A DNA stretch of 64,000 nucleotides from Microcoleus sp. (GCA_042408215.1 JAYFMW010000006.1:224001-288000); one strand, 5' to 3'; shown: positions 19,801-31,274, counted from the stretch's first letter. The notes: generated by a model from the letters alone, not told the origin. Numbers and translations: made by a program.

Positions 19801-21476
19801 TGGAATTTTACTCCCAGGATTCTGAAAGTTGGCTGAATTTTTTCTCGGATTTGGGAATGAGGCAAAATCCCGATGCTGACGACATTTTAGCCTGCATTGA
19901 CAATCTAATTCAAACCGCAAATCGATCGAGTACAAGTGCTGTTACTGATAGCTGCATTGCTGTTTTCAACTACATTGTTGACAACTGGGATGCGCTCAAA
20001 AATAGCAGAATTGCTAACAGCAACAAAACACTACCAGAAGCACTTACAGATAAACCTTGGCTTCCTGTCGAGGGAAATCCTGAGAAGTTAAGCCAATATT
20101 TCGGTGCTGCAAAACCTGAAGCGAGACTTTACCGTGCTAAAGGTTTGTGCTTCATTCAAGATGCTTGTTTAGTTGCTAGCCAAAAACTCATATTGGCGCG
20201 TCCTCAGCGAGACTTGCTGAAGGTAGAAATCAGGAATGCCCTTGGTTTTGAGCCTGTAGAACCAAATACAGTTATCGACCACTTTGATGTTATCATAAAA
20301 CTTTGGGAAAATTATATAATTCAATTATCCAACAATCAAAATACACTATTAGAATCAGTAAAGACAATTTACAAGTATTTTTATGATACTTTGGTAAAAA
20401 GCGGTATTTCGGGCGATCGCCAGAGGCAAATTCAACAGCGGTTTGCTCACCGCCAATGTCTGTGGGATGAGTCTACAGGCAAGTTTTGGCAGCCGAAACA
20501 CGCCTTTTTAGAGGATGTGCCGTTTTTCGGAAATCGCCGCACAACCATAGCTAGTTCTAATTCCCATTGCGAAGTTTATCAGTTGTTAGGACAAAGGCGA
20601 TCGCCCGTCGTACAAGACTACTTAGATTTCCTCACAGAACTAGCAGCAGAGTACGGCAACAACTCCTTAAATGAAGCGGATAAAAACTGTGCGATTCAGG
20701 TACTTAGCCGCCTGGAATCTCAACAGTTGTTAGAGGGAGTCGCAGTGAAAAATATACCGATTCTTACCGCGAACAACACACTTTGTCCAGCGGAAAAAGT
20801 TCTCATCCCCGACGCACCTTGGCGCAAAGATTATATTGACCCCAACCGGATACTTCACGAGCTAGTTTCTGCTAAATTTGCTAAATCCGTTGGCTGTCTT
20901 TCTTTACTAAAAGATGCAATAGAACGCCCGACAGAAGTCAAAACTTCTCGCAACACAAAAAGCTGCGATTGGTGTCTAGAATGGCAAAATACATTAAATT
21001 CAGCAGAATTTCGATCGGGTTTGCAGCGGTTGATTTTTCACGATCGCGAATCCGAACCAATTTTAGATGTAATCTGGCTCGCTCAAGCTAAAGTTTCCGC
21101 CGCCAGTCAAATTAATGTAGATTTATTTTTGAGCGATGAAACCAGAATTGCCACAGATATACCGGGCACTCAACACTTCGAGGAATTTAATAAAACTTTT
21201 CAGATTATCAGTAGCGGTAGCCGATATATTATGCTATGCTTTTTAACAGAAAGCGTTAACGCTAGACTCGGAGAATATGCAGTTAAAAATTTGCTCCCGC
21301 TAGCCAGCATTATTGATGCTAAACCGAGTATGATTAATAGTTTGCTAAACGAGTTGCGAATTAGGTCTTTACCATCGCTTGTTACTGCTACTGAATCGGA
21401 AAATCCAGAAGATAATATGACTAAAGCGGCGACAAATTCTAGGGGCGAGTCTTCAATTTACTGGGGCGCGTTTTGA
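16827..21476 (+). CDS. Sacsin-like protein (Hsp90-like GHKL ATPase, single sacsin repeating region), 1549 aa
   Basis: ILKELIQNADDA, VYND..F...DF, KTGRFGVGFNAIYHVTD, FFDPH, GTLFRLPLRT, LLFLKSV, YCFLPLP..TGWPVHINGFF. The track start at 16755 lies inside a MITE, so ATG 16827 is used. Confidence 0.85.
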   Translation: MTYSNSELEGKSFYQSEPLIARLRGIIRDYPEGVGILKELIQNADDAKATRVEITLDWRNHQVEKLPDDRMVRLMGPAMLVYNDRVFADKDFDSIRSLGQSEKARDLQKTGRFGVGFNAIYHVTDFPSFVSRDRIIFFDPHGVAIPGTSRQEPGREWNLADAKWYDKYPDFMQVYAAGGLPFGDTNFQGTLFRLPLRTTESAKNSEIRKQAFTESNVKELLDELRQSGEELLLFLKSVQEIRVYEILANSQETRQEILAIVTKNPQEVREARQKLLDAIPDTPDKLLELCHHNPDGLVSVSYRHEIETISCDRTIKSTWRTVSLIRTDSGDDLAKVIAAMHESQEKVVPWAGAAARISAVSTEGNLPPVSGKVYCFLPLPLETGWPVHINGFFNLNSSRDNLSSDSGQTGKDRPRSIWNQLLARHVLAHAYANLIVDLVQDIGRFQAEEFYKFWPISKITTSKALEELHNFVMQLLYHKPVVRSAVKHIVTEGQINETRWVTPPTVQNLPSKKWWDELLAPLCADNIDIPNPPLPDSILAAFKDAGLPLPTFTATNLRKHLTENKSLGVSLSDAPKASLRNRQWIGNMLRYCLSDKCQDLRGLPLAILADNTLQVFGYNAIGTIYIADEAQRGIFANYPDWFLHQDLTKLLPGYNIIGISNMTAAEVAKKLVNVIGSTQSEIDWNPDAPHPPNAEWLTLVYQYFYNISPRYLSQETVENLKKVALVPGNHGKLYKGGTVDTPLLRGDKIEAETIAAVEYFGATLVKAPAKLEGAIAQFADRHKNQLVYCITGPDILDIVYSRCDRGLPPYDEQHYTHLLNFLASLEQRNYDETRQNKLRQLPIYPTTSGEIVSLNSENVYLTGDGYAPPEIAGNLRLLCLGKNREWLSLFQYLQVPILNRARLIRDCLLPEYASFSPEEQLIALTWIRDNLTKASIELEKGGENALGFNEELKKARLVRCSDRRLRSAQLIYNPLSEVVRDIIGNVAAIPDMEFYSQDSESWLNFFSDLGMRQNPDADDILACIDNLIQTANRSSTSAVTDSCIAVFNYIVDNWDALKNSRIANSNKTLPEALTDKPWLPVEGNPEKLSQYFGAAKPEARLYRAKGLCFIQDACLVASQKLILARPQRDLLKVEIRNALGFEPVEPNTVIDHFDVIIKLWENYIIQLSNNQNTLLESVKTIYKYFYDTLVKSGISGDRQRQIQQRFAHRQCLWDESTGKFWQPKHAFLEDVPFFGNRRTTIASSNSHCEVYQLLGQRRSPVVQDYLDFLTELAAEYGNNSLNEADKNCAIQVLSRLESQQLLEGVAVKNIPILTANNTLCPAEKVLIPDAPWRKDYIDPNRILHELVSAKFAKSVGCLSLLKDAIERPTEVKTSRNTKSCDWCLEWQNTLNSAEFRSGLQRLIFHDRESEPILDVIWLAQAKVSAASQINVDLFLSDETRIATDIPGTQHFEEFNKTFQIISSGSRYIMLCFLTESVNARLGEYAVKNLLPLASIIDAKPSMINSLLNELRIRSLPSLVTATESENPEDNMTKAATNSRGESSIYWGAF

Positions 21477-21597
21477 GGGAGTAATAATGGAGTAATATCA
21501 GATCCGCTCTTCATCGTCCTGTATTCATCTCTCCGATCTCCCTCTGTGTTCTCTGCGTTCTCTGTGGTTAAATCATGACTATGCAAGCAGATGACAC

Positions 21598-24500
21598 TTA
21601 AACTGACAGGAAATCCGACTCTGTAATCTGGTTATTAGCGCCAATTACCCTAGCCAAAACTTGATTAGTTCCGGCTACTTGCAGTAAAAATTCATTCGCA
21701 GTTTGGCTGATTTGCAATTGTTGGAAACTCAGGCCACCAGCCAGGACAAACTTGTCAACTCCTACTTCAAAATTGAGTATGGTATCGGTACCGCCGTTGT
21801 TAGCGCTTAACACGAAGCGATCGCCCCCAACACCTCCAATCAAAGTATCCTCGCCCCCGTCGCCAAACAGCCAGTCATCGCCCATACCTCCAGAAAGAAC
21901 ATCACGATCGTTCCCTCCCTTGAGAGTATCGTTACCATCATCGCCATTGAGAGTATCTTGACCCTCATTCCCATAAAGCAAGTCATCGCCACTGTCGCCG
22001 TTGATACAATCTTCCTGCCCGATCGCCCCGAATGCAACTCCTTGGTCATCAGCCCGATCGCCAAAAATGGTATCGTTACCCTCATCACCGCACAAAATAT
22101 CGCCACCGTCATCACCGTAAACTAAATCATCGCCAGCATCTCCGTGTACCAAGTCGTCATCCTTGTCGCCACGAAGGGTATCGTTACCAAAACCCCCACT
22201 CAAAGAGTCGGAACTTTCGCCACCATTCAGGAAGTCATTCCCATCTCCGCCAAACAACAAATCGCGGCCATTAACATCACTAACTAACTGGTTTTGTAAA
22301 CCACCGTAAAGCGAGTCGTCCCCCCGATCGCCGATGATCGTGTCAGCGCCGAGTTCGCCCCAAATCATGTCATGATCTTTGCCACCATAAACTAAGTCGT
22401 TACCTTTACCGACGAAAATGCTGTCATCGCCACAGCCACCGCCGATGATATCGTCATTGTTATTGCCAAAAATTAAGTCACCTTCGGAAGTAGCCACAAT
22501 ACTGCCAAAAACAGTGCCGTAATCGCCGAGTATGGTGTCAGAACCTCGGCCGCCGTAGAGTGTGTCGGTGTCAGCTTCGCCGAAAATGCGATCGCCCCCC
22601 TTTCCGCCAAACACCAAATCGCGACCACCACCACCCAGCAAACTATCATCATTCTCTTGACCATTGAGTAGGTTGTTACCGTCCCCTCCAAACAGCAAAT
22701 CGCGCCCGTCAGAGTCGCCAGTGAGGGAATTGAGAACACCGCCGAACAGGGAATCGTCTCCCTTGTCACCCAGCAAAGTATCCGCGCCCCGATCGCCCCA
22801 AATCAGGTCATTATCCTTGCCACCGTGGGCGATATCGCCACCTTTACCCCCGTACACGGTGTCATTACCTTGATTGCCGCCGATCGCATCAGCACCTTCT
22901 CCACCGAAAATTAGGTCGCCGTCGTCACCGGTCAGGTCAAAATTGTTACCATTGTCACCGACGATCGTATCCGGGCTGCGATCGCCATACAATGTGTCGG
23001 AATTGCGATCGCCAAAAATGCGATCGTCATCCTTACCCCCAAAAACCAGATCATTCTCTTTGCCGCTATAAACGACATCATTACCACTCCCCGCAGCAAT
23101 CAAGTCCCGTCCTTGGTCCCCGAAGACAATATCGGCCCCGCCTTCACCTAAAACCGTGTCATCGCCCGCTTCACAAACAAACAATTCGTTAACATCCGAA
23201 TCTGTTAAAAAATCGTTTCCGGGAGTGCCGAAAACAGCATTTCCGATGTCTCCTGACTCTGCGGCATTTGACTCAAAGTTAAGTACCGGCGGCTGCGGGG
23301 GCTCGATAAAAGTTACCGAAGGCACCAGGGACAGAGGTTCGCAACCGCAACCCGCATCCGGTTCAGGTACCCGATTCAGGACGGGAGTCGGCTTTTCGGT
23401 TGGAGTTGGAGTCGGATTTTCGGTTGGAGTTGGAGTCGGCGTCGGTTCGGGGATTGGAGTCGGCTTTTCGGTTGGAGTCGGAGTCGGAGTCGGCTTTTCG
23501 GTTGGAGTCGGAGTCGGAGTCGGATTTTCGGTTGGAGTCGGAGTCGGAGTCGGATTTTCGGTTGGAGTCGGAGTCGGAGTCGGATTTTCGGTTGGAGTCG
23601 GAGTCGGAGTCGGATTTTCGGTTGGAGTCGGAGTCGGAGTCGGATTTTCGGTTGGAGTCGGAGTCGGAGTCGGATTTTCGGTTGGAGTCGGAGTCGGAGT
23701 CGGATTTTCGGTTGGAGTCGGAGTCGGAGTCGGATTTTCGGTTGGAGTCGGAGTCGGAGTCGGATTTTCGGTTGGAGTCGGAGTCGGAGTCGGCTTTTCG
23801 GTTGGCGTCGGAGTCGGAGTCGGATTTTCGGTTGGAGTCGGAGTCGGAGTCGGATTTTCGGTTGGAGTCGGAGTCGGAGTCGGATTTTCGGTTGGAGTCG
23901 GAGTCGGAGTCGGCTTTTCGGTTGGCGTCGGAGTCGGAGTCGGAGTCGGCGTCGGAGTCGGTGTTTCGGTTGGAGTCGGAGTCGGCGTTTCGGTTGGAGT
24001 CGGCGTCGGCGTCGGCGTTTCGGTTGGAGTTGGCGTCGGCGTCGGTTCCTGAAGCGGAATGACAGAGACAGTAGCAACTGTCGCACTGGTGGCGCCGAGG
24101 TTGTCCGTAGCGCTGTAGGTAAAGCTAGCCCCTGTGAAATTGTCAGCAGCCTGGAAAAACAATTGGCTAATTTGATCCGGCGTCAGGGTTTGACCCCCCG
24201 TCACCCGCACTCCCAGGCTGGGTTCGCCCAAAAACAGGATGCCTTGAATTGTTGGCGGCAAAGTCTCGATCGCAAAAGAAGCTACCCAGCCGTCCGCATC
24301 TCTACCTCCGAGTCCGCCAATTTTGACAGCGCTATTGGGTGCCACTGTAGCGTTGCTGTTGTCCGCTACAGGGGCTTGGTTGGGGGTTGTAGGGGGGAGT
24401 AAGATGCTGGTGATGACAGTGGCCCTGGACTCGGAACCGTTGTTGTTGCTTGGTTCGAGGTCGGAGGTGGTCGATCGACTGCTGGAAGTATTTCTGATGC

Positions 24501-27327
24501 TGCTGGCGATCGCTGGAACCACTAAAGTTACCAAGCGATTAGTGCTGCTACTAACAGCCAAATTAGGAATAGTCGGAAATGTGACCACCCCTGAAACTAG
24601 ATCGTAAGTACCACCATCCGATACGCTGACACCTGTTAACCCCGGAACAATACTGTCAGCGATCGTCACCCCTTCTGCGAGACTAGGGCCATTGTTGACA
24701 GTAGTAATCCTGTAGGTAACAGTCTCACCAGTCGCCGCCGTCCTAGGCCCCGATTTAGTCGTTACCAGGTCAGCGTTTGGAGCGATCGTTGTAGAGACAC
24801 TAGAGTTAGTGGGAGTGCCGTCTTTGTTGGTTGCTGAGCCGTTGTTGTTGGTACTCACCGGGTCGGGAGTCGTTGAGCTGCTCCGAGCCGTGTTGCTGAC
24901 CGATTTAAGGGTCGCTGGGGCGATGAAACTGACGGTGCGGGTGGCAGTATTTGCATTTGCCAGCGTCCCTAGTACGGGGAAGGTGACAAGGCCCGAAACA
25001 GGGTTATAACTGCCACCATCCGATACGCTGACACCCGTTAAACCTGGAACAATACTGTCAGAGATAGTGACATTGCTTGCCGAGTCCGGCCCCTTGTTGA
25101 TTGTGCTCAGGGTGTAGGTGATGCTTGACCCGGCCCCAATAGTCACAGGCCCACTTTTCGTAGTAACTAAATCCGCTACCTCACCGACAACAGTCGTAGA
25201 GATTACACCAGGCCCCTCGGATTGTCCCGGCGGCAGTACACCATTGTTGTTGCTCAGGTCGGAATCGAAAGTCGAGGTAGTGCTGAATGCAGTATTGGTA
25301 AAACTGCTACCGCCCCCTAAGCCTGGGGGTACAGAAACAGTCAGCGTATAAGTCACAGTCTCCCCCGGATTCAGCCGGGGAATTAGCGGCCAGGTGACAG
25401 ACCTCGTGGCGTTCTGGTAAGTGCCGTTGTTGGAATTAGTCAGAACCGGAGGTAATCCGCCTGGGAGAAGCAGTTCTGAGGGTATTTCGTCTTGAATCAG
25501 CACATTTTCGGCCGGGGATGGCCCCCTGTTTGTCGTCGCGATCGTATAGGTAATGCTACCCCCAGGCTTGACGAATTGCGGCCCAGTCTTAATCGTGGTA
25601 ATGTCGGTCGCGATCGTCGGAGGAGCGATCGTCTCAACCACTAAATTTTGAACCTCGTGATAATTATTAGCCTCTCCCGTTGAACTAGCAAAACCAAATT
25701 TGAAAGTAGGCGGCATCAGAGGGCCATTCACAGCATTCAAATTAGGGAGATCAACCACAGTTGTCTCGAAAGAGCCATCAAAATTAGTATCAAATGCAAC
25801 CCTCAGTCCATTAGGATTGACAGGATCATTAGGGGGATTCAGCGTAATTTGAACCGATCTCCTGGCTGCAATCCGATTAGTTGTCAGCGTAGTGCTAAAA
25901 GTACCAGGAGGTAGAGGATTTATATTAGAAACACCTGCATGGCCTGGAACATTATCTATGCCAAAACTAACCGACTGCGTAGCAATTAAAGGATACCCCA
26001 ACAAAGAAGTAGCCCCTTGACGCCCTCTAATTGTTACCGAATCCGGTCTTTGTCCAGTATCGCGAATACTTACTGGATTACCACCTAAACCATTGTCGCC
26101 TGGAGGTTTTTCATCTTTACTAGAAAACAAGCCAAACTCATCTAACCCGACACCCAAATAGCCTCCCAAAATTCCCGGTATAGGGGCAAAAGTGGGATTT
26201 GGTGGGTAGATAGTTCCGGGATATTTCGGGGCATAGGCCAGAGAACCGCCAAAGCCTCCAGCCTTTGTTGGCGAAGCAGTACCGTCAACTAAAAAGAAAC
26301 TAATGCCGTCCCCTGGCTGCGGTTGTAGATTTGGATCTAATTGAAATTGCTGAGTGGAACCGTAGGAATAGAAATCAAACTTAACCCTCAGACCATCAGT
26401 GGAAGAAATGGGGTTATTGTAAATAACAAAAGAATCCCGAATGTTTTGCGCTGAAGTTAATCGCAGAACTCCACTACCCGAAGTATCTCCGCCCAAAGCT
26501 GGAAGTACCCCCGATACTGTTCCTCCCGTAATCCCAGGGATAGATTGATTAGCCGGTGGAGTCGGATCGCTAGGATCAAACAGCCTCCCGCCCGTTCCCC
26601 CGTATAGCCAAGGCCCCCTAACAGTAGAATTCTTGAAAGTCTCATTAACCAATGTGACAAGAACATAACCGTAGGCCTTCAGCACCTCTTTTTCAATAGC
26701 GATATCTCTGAGAATTTCCCCTGTTGCAAATTCTAATTCCCAGTCGCCACCGAGAGCCGCATTCCCCGTCAAATCCTCCGAAGCCGCCATATCAGCACCC
26801 GCAATTTCGCTCAGCCGCCGCAGGAAAGCTCTGCCACTTTCCCCTGCTGCGATGCTGCATCCGAATAATAAGATATTCCCTCTCTCGCTGAGGGCTTTTC
26901 CCCACTGTTGCAACAAATGGCTGTAGGTTTCTAAGTTGTCGCTGTTGAGTTCGAGCGACCCTATTTGCACCCCGGCTGGTCGGCCGTGTGAAACTATCTG
27001 AAGGCTGTCTAAATCGCTGTAATTAGCCAGAATGCTAGTAATTTGCTCGACTCCATCCCGCGTCGAGTCGAGTAGGAATACCTCTGTTCCCGCTCTTGCT
27101 CCCTTTGCCAAGTTCTCCCAGTTTTCTACTCTCGAATCGATGAACAGTAATTGGGAATTGGGAATTGGGCATTGGGAATTGGGCATTGGGAATTCGTGGC
27201 TCACCTGGTGGCAGTATTTTGACTCTGGATAAGTTGCTGTTGTTCGGGAGTTTTTGCCAGCAATGTTTGTGGTGCAGCTACCTGCTTGTTGGGTGGGAAA
27301 TACTGGTTTGTTGCAGATGCTTTGCAT
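21598..27327 (-). CDS. Giant RTX-type surface protein: DUF4347, lectin-like domain, three DUF11 repeats, PT linker, hemolysin-type Ca-binding repeats
   Basis: LLFIDSRV...LQIVSHG...LFGC...GGDWELE (DUF4347); GDGISFF...GVGLDEFG...FGFASSTG (legume-lectin-like); [10 protein letters not shown]...ITYT...N.GP repeats; many GGxGxD motifs. Confidence 0.88.
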   Translation of the reverse strand: MQSICNKPVFPTQQAGSCTTNIAGKNSRTTATYPESKYCHQVSHEFPMPNSQCPIPNSQLLFIDSRVENWENLAKGARAGTEVFLLDSTRDGVEQITSILANYSDLDSLQIVSHGRPAGVQIGSLELNSDNLETYSHLLQQWGKALSERGNILLFGCSIAAGESGRAFLRRLSEIAGADMAASEDLTGNAALGGDWELEFATGEILRDIAIEKEVLKAYGYVLVTLVNETFKNSTVRGPWLYGGTGGRLFDPSDPTPPANQSIPGITGGTVSGVLPALGGDTSGSGVLRLTSAQNIRDSFVIYNNPISSTDGLRVKFDFYSYGSTQQFQLDPNLQPQPGDGISFFLVDGTASPTKAGGFGGSLAYAPKYPGTIYPPNPTFAPIPGILGGYLGVGLDEFGLFSSKDEKPPGDNGLGGNPVSIRDTGQRPDSVTIRGRQGATSLLGYPLIATQSVSFGIDNVPGHAGVSNINPLPPGTFSTTLTTNRIAARRSVQITLNPPNDPVNPNGLRVAFDTNFDGSFETTVVDLPNLNAVNGPLMPPTFKFGFASSTGEANNYHEVQNLVVETIAPPTIATDITTIKTGPQFVKPGGSITYTIATTNRGPSPAENVLIQDEIPSELLLPGGLPPVLTNSNNGTYQNATRSVTWPLIPRLNPGETVTYTLTVSVPPGLGGGSSFTNTAFSTTSTFDSDLSNNNGVLPPGQSEGPGVISTTVVGEVADLVTTKSGPVTIGAGSSITYTLSTINKGPDSASNVTISDSIVPGLTGVSVSDGGSYNPVSGLVTFPVLGTLANANTATRTVSFIAPATLKSVSNTARSSSTTPDPVSTNNNGSATNKDGTPTNSSVSTTIAPNADLVTTKSGPRTAATGETVTYRITTVNNGPSLAEGVTIADSIVPGLTGVSVSDGGTYDLVSGVVTFPTIPNLAVSSSTNRLVTLVVPAIASSIRNTSSSRSTTSDLEPSNNNGSESRATVITSILLPPTTPNQAPVADNSNATVAPNSAVKIGGLGGRDADGWVASFAIETLPPTIQGILFLGEPSLGVRVTGGQTLTPDQISQLFFQAADNFTGASFTYSATDNLGATSATVATVSVIPLQEPTPTPTPTETPTPTPTPTETPTPTPTETPTPTPTPTPTPTPTEKPTPTPTPTENPTPTPTPTENPTPTPTPTENPTPTPTPTEKPTPTPTPTENPTPTPTPTENPTPTPTPTENPTPTPTPTENPTPTPTPTENPTPTPTPTENPTPTPTPTENPTPTPTPTENPTPTPTPTENPTPTPTPTEKPTPTPTPTEKPTPIPEPTPTPTPTENPTPTPTEKPTPVLNRVPEPDAGCGCEPLSLVPSVTFIEPPQPPVLNFESNAAESGDIGNAVFGTPGNDFLTDSDVNELFVCEAGDDTVLGEGGADIVFGDQGRDLIAAGSGNDVVYSGKENDLVFGGKDDDRIFGDRNSDTLYGDRSPDTIVGDNGNNFDLTGDDGDLIFGGEGADAIGGNQGNDTVYGGKGGDIAHGGKDNDLIWGDRGADTLLGDKGDDSLFGGVLNSLTGDSDGRDLLFGGDGNNLLNGQENDDSLLGGGGRDLVFGGKGGDRIFGEADTDTLYGGRGSDTILGDYGTVFGSIVATSEGDLIFGNNNDDIIGGGCGDDSIFVGKGNDLVYGGKDHDMIWGELGADTIIGDRGDDSLYGGLQNQLVSDVNGRDLLFGGDGNDFLNGGESSDSLSGGFGNDTLRGDKDDDLVHGDAGDDLVYGDDGGDILCGDEGNDTIFGDRADDQGVAFGAIGQEDCINGDSGDDLLYGNEGQDTLNGDDGNDTLKGGNDRDVLSGGMGDDWLFGDGGEDTLIGGVGGDRFVLSANNGGTDTILNFEVGVDKFVLAGGLSFQQLQISQTANEFLLQVAGTNQVLARVIGANNQITESDFLSV
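23385..24045 (-). repeat. Coding tandem repeat, mostly 30-bp units ([10 protein letters not shown])
   Basis: cggattttcggttggagtcggagtcggagt repeated near-perfectly. Confidence 0.95.
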
Positions 27328-27448
27328 GGTTATATGACCTCACATATTGTCGTTCAGATGCCGATTTTACCGATGATAATTATCACATCTTGAACCTATT
27401 GAATTGAAGACTTGGACGCTAGGACTGCTTGACGGCACTGGCGATAGT

Positions 27449-27496
27449 ATGTTGTCGAAGATGTTGTCGAAGATGTTGTCGAAGATGTTGTCGAAG
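27449..27496. repeat. Four perfect copies of ATGTTGTCGAAG upstream of the RTX gene
   Basis: Read directly. Confidence 0.9.
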
Positions 27497-28267
27497 AGGC
27501 AGATTTTTTTCAGCGTATGCGATCGGCAGAGGCCCTTGCTATCTTGCTATTTGAGCGCACTAAAAATATTGCCTAACGAGCAGCAATGCTGAACTTTCAA
27601 ACCCCAATAATTTATCTATCGGTTTTGAGTTTTTCTGATGCTTTGTGTCTGCAATAAATAACGACCGAACGTCTCAAAAATGGATTTATGAATTTGTCTG
27701 TAGCTCTTCTACTGGACTTGATTTAAACAGAATTTTCACAGTAGCAACCAGAAAATAACTATGGTTGCGATTGCTTGGCCGTGATGGATGTGACATAATT
27801 TGGCCCGTAGTACGCTAGTTTTCATTCTCTAGAAATTGGCATACCCTGTATCGAGGCTTCTGCAATATTCAGGACTTGCAGTCGGGAAACAAAAAATCAA
27901 CGTTTGAGATTGCTTTGCTTCGATCGCAAAAACAGAACATTGCTATGGACAGCCAAGTTATCGAACTGTAAACTTAGAGTCTTTGAACAGTTTTTTTGTT
28001 AAAGTAGATAATTTGGACAATGTTCCACGTAGATTTTTTGAGGTGCTGTTTGAGAAGTCGGCTGGCAAATTTGCCATCAGGCTAATGGGGAGTTGTCTTA
28101 GTTAATTTTCTTAACTAGAAACATACTCACTGCAATCGACCAGTTATACCAAGGTTCTAAAGCTGAGCCCTGAGAAAAAGCTCAAACAACAATCCTTACA
28201 CGTAAGTACATACTAACCGATGATTAGTACATCCGCAAATACTCGTAGATACAAGCCCCAATACAAG

Positions 28268-28588
28268 CTAGATCTTTTCACCGCGAACGTCAATAGTTCT
28301 GGCTTTGTAGTGCAGACAATCTTTACAGGGGCCATCTGGGTTGATGGCGCAGCGCAGATAATTAGACCGCGCATTGTACTCGCAAGTGAGATCTCCGATC
28401 GAATAACCGAAGCCTTGTATATAAGTTCGATCGCCCGTTTGTACTTGAGTGCCCCAGGGTCTATTTGCTACCGCCAGCCTGGCCGCTGCAATTCTTTCGC
28501 GGGTTTCGGTTGTTGAATTACGCATCACCCACAAAGATAGCAACCACGGAGTTAAACCGATGAAAAAAATTAGGATAGGTGTTAACAC
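28268..28588 (-). CDS. DUF6464-like small membrane protein with Cys cluster
   Basis: N-terminal TM; IGDLTCEYNARSNYLRCAINPDGPCKDC. Confidence 0.75.
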   Translation of the reverse strand: MLTPILIFFIGLTPWLLSLWVMRNSTTETRERIAAARLAVANRPWGTQVQTGDRTYIQGFGYSIGDLTCEYNARSNYLRCAINPDGPCKDCLHYKARTIDVRGEKI

Positions 28589-28742
28589 GTTTTCTAAGCT
28601 TGTGTTGAAAATATTTTTTTAATTGAGACGATCGATTTAAGAAAATTAGTTAAACGCAGACGGTTTGAAATTTAGAAAGTTCCCGGTCGCTGTCTCATAA
28701 TATTCAGAAACTTTTGAGTTTTAAGTTAACCAACAGAAGGTC

Positions 28743-28786
28743 CAGCCCCCCGACTTCTTTAAGAAGTCGGGGGGCTAACAGCTATG
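28743..28786. repeat. Palindromic dispersed repeat after ppsA; related copy at about 54075..54119
   Basis: AGCCCCCCGACTTCTTTAAGAAGTCGGGGGGCT followed by aacagctatgg, which both copies share. Confidence 0.7.
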
Positions 28787-28793
28787 GTGTGTT

Positions 28794-31274
28794 CTATGAA
28801 ACCTGCGCTACATCCATCACCAAATCCATCGCAGTCGCCGCACCCTCCACCTTAGCAACATCCAACAAAGTCTTCAAAACCGAATCAGGATTCAAACTAA
28901 TCGAATCAATTCCCAACTCAACCAAGAAGCGAGCAAATTCTGGATAATCACTAGGCGCTTGACCACAAATTCCAATCTTGCGGCCATACTTCTTCGCGGC
29001 TTTAATCGCAATTTCCACCATCCGCTTCACAGCTTCATTCCGTTCATCAAAGATGTGGGCGACTAAAGCAGAATCCCGGTCTAATCCCAATGTTAGCTGA
29101 GTTAGATCGTTAGAGCCGATCGAGAATCCGTCAAACACTTGCGCGAATTCATCAGCAAATATGACATTGCTAGGCAATTCGCACATCACATACACCTGCA
29201 AGCCATTTTCGCCCTTGACTAAACCGTGTTTCGCCATCTCAGCTAACACTTTTCGCCCTTCCTCCGGCGTGCGACAAAATGGAATCATTGGAATCACATT
29301 TGTCAAGCCCATTTCATCCCGAACTCGCTTCAATGCCTTGCATTCCAAAGCGTAAGCTTCGCGGTAATTCGGGTCGTAATAGCGAGACGCGCCACGCCAC
29401 CCAATCATCGGGTTTTCTTCCTGGGGTTCAAATTGCCGCCCTCCCAAAAGATTAGCATATTCGTTGCTCTTGAAATCGCTCATCCGCACGATTACTGGAT
29501 TGGGATAAAATGCGGCGGCGATTGTACCAATCCCGTGGGCTAATTTGTCGGTGAAGAAATCGGGTTTGTTTTGGTAAAGTGCTGTCATTTCGGCAATCTT
29601 TTCCTTGACAGATTGATCTACCAATTCGTCAAAGTGAATCAGTGCCAGCGGGTGTGCTTTAATGTGATTGGCAATGATGAATTCCAGTCGCGCCAAGCCT
29701 ACGCCGTCGCAAGGAATTGCTGATAAACCAAAAGCTTCTTCTGGATTACCGACATTCATTAAAATTTGAGTGCGAGTGCGGGGCAAATTGTCGATCGCAG
29801 TTTCTTGAATTTCAAAAGGAACCAAACCGGCATAAACTCTGCCTTCCTCTCCTTCTGAACAAGAAATCGTGATTTCTTGTTTGTTTTTCAAGACTTTGGT
29901 AGCGTCGCCGGTGCCGACAATTGCGGGAATTCCCATTTCCCGTGCGATGATGGCGGCGTGGCAAGTGCGGCCGCCGGAATTGGTGACGATCGCACTGGCT
30001 TTTTTCATGATTGGTTCCCAATCGGGGTCAGTTTTATTGGTGACTAAAACTTCTCCTGCTTCAAATTCAGCGATTTTGTGAACGTCTAAAATTACGCGGG
30101 CTTTTCCTTGTCCGATCGCTTCGCCAACGGCGCGTCCTTTTGCCAAAATTGCGCTGGAACCTTGCAATTTGTAGTTCCGCAAAACTGTAGCAGACTTTTG
30201 AGATTGTACTGTTTCTGGTCGCGCTTGGACGATAAACAATGCGCCAGTATTGCCGTCTTTTGCCCACTCAATGTCCATCGGGGTGTAAGTTCCGCGCACT
30301 TGGGAGTAGTGTTCTTCTATTAGTACGGCCCACAGTGCTAATTGCAGAATTTCGTCATCCTCAATGGCAAATTTATCTTGTTCTGTTGCCGGCACCGCTA
30401 GGTTTTTGGTGTATTTGGAACCGCCAATATCGTACACCATTTTGAGTTCTTTGCTGCCGAGGCGTTTGTCTAAGATTGGGCGAAAACCTTGTTTTAATGT
30501 AGGTTTAAATACAAAGAATTCGTCGGGGTTTACGGTACCTTGGACAACGTTTTCGCCTAATCCGTAGGCGGCGGTAACTAATACGGCGTTTTTGAAACCG
30601 GTTTCGGTGTCGATGCTGAACATGACGCCGGAGGATGCTAAGTCCGATCGCACCATTTTTTGCACGCCGACTGATAACGCGACTTCAAAGTGGTCGAATC
30701 CTCGGAGTTCGCGGTAGGAAATCGCCCTGTCGGTGAATATGGAAGCGAAGCATTTGTGGCAGCATTCGAGCACGCTGGTGTAACCATGAACGTTCAGGTA
30801 AGTTTCTTGCTGTCCCGCGAAACTGGCGTCGGGTAAGTCTTCGGCGGTGGCGGAGGAACGCACTGCTACGTCTGTACTGTCGCCGTATACAGTGCACAAT
30901 TTATCGTAAGCTTGGGCGATCGCCACTTGCAAGTCTTGCGGAAACGGCGTGTCGAGAATCAGTGTCCGCGCTTGCTTGCCTTTTTGGCGCAGGTTATTGA
31001 CATCTTCTACTTCCAAGTCGGCAAATATTTCGCGCAATTTAGCATCTAAACCCGCCGACTCGATGAAGTAGCGGTAAGCGTATGCTGTAGTTGCAAATCC
31101 GTTCGGAACATTCACTCCTTTGGAAGTTAGCTGTTGAATCATTTCCCCCAAAGAAGCATTTTTGCCGCCGACTAAGGAGATGTCAGCGATGCCGACTTCA
31201 TCGAACCACAATACTAAGGCTTTGTCTTTGGGAATTTGAATCTGCTTTTCTTGAATTGTTAATTTTTTCGTCAT
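28794..31274 (-). CDS. ppsA: Phosphoenolpyruvate synthase
   Basis: VGGKNASLGEM, VAVRSSATAEDLPDASFAGQQETYLN, GGRTCHAAIIARE, DGFSIGSNDLTQ, GICGQAPSD. Confidence 0.97.
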   Translation of the reverse strand: MTKKLTIQEKQIQIPKDKALVLWFDEVGIADISLVGGKNASLGEMIQQLTSKGVNVPNGFATTAYAYRYFIESAGLDAKLREIFADLEVEDVNNLRQKGKQARTLILDTPFPQDLQVAIAQAYDKLCTVYGDSTDVAVRSSATAEDLPDASFAGQQETYLNVHGYTSVLECCHKCFASIFTDRAISYRELRGFDHFEVALSVGVQKMVRSDLASSGVMFSIDTETGFKNAVLVTAAYGLGENVVQGTVNPDEFFVFKPTLKQGFRPILDKRLGSKELKMVYDIGGSKYTKNLAVPATEQDKFAIEDDEILQLALWAVLIEEHYSQVRGTYTPMDIEWAKDGNTGALFIVQARPETVQSQKSATVLRNYKLQGSSAILAKGRAVGEAIGQGKARVILDVHKIAEFEAGEVLVTNKTDPDWEPIMKKASAIVTNSGGRTCHAAIIAREMGIPAIVGTGDATKVLKNKQEITISCSEGEEGRVYAGLVPFEIQETAIDNLPRTRTQILMNVGNPEEAFGLSAIPCDGVGLARLEFIIANHIKAHPLALIHFDELVDQSVKEKIAEMTALYQNKPDFFTDKLAHGIGTIAAAFYPNPVIVRMSDFKSNEYANLLGGRQFEPQEENPMIGWRGASRYYDPNYREAYALECKALKRVRDEMGLTNVIPMIPFCRTPEEGRKVLAEMAKHGLVKGENGLQVYVMCELPSNVIFADEFAQVFDGFSIGSNDLTQLTLGLDRDSALVAHIFDERNEAVKRMVEIAIKAAKKYGRKIGICGQAPSDYPEFARFLVELGIDSISLNPDSVLKTLLDVAKVEGAATAMDLVMDVAQVS

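Noticed and set aside
23156..24086. GV-, RL- and ES-repeat ORFs
   Set aside because: Alternate frames of the PT linker.
27600..28260. Long intergenic region as an ncRNA or riboswitch
   Set aside because: No motif I can recognise; needs an Rfam search.
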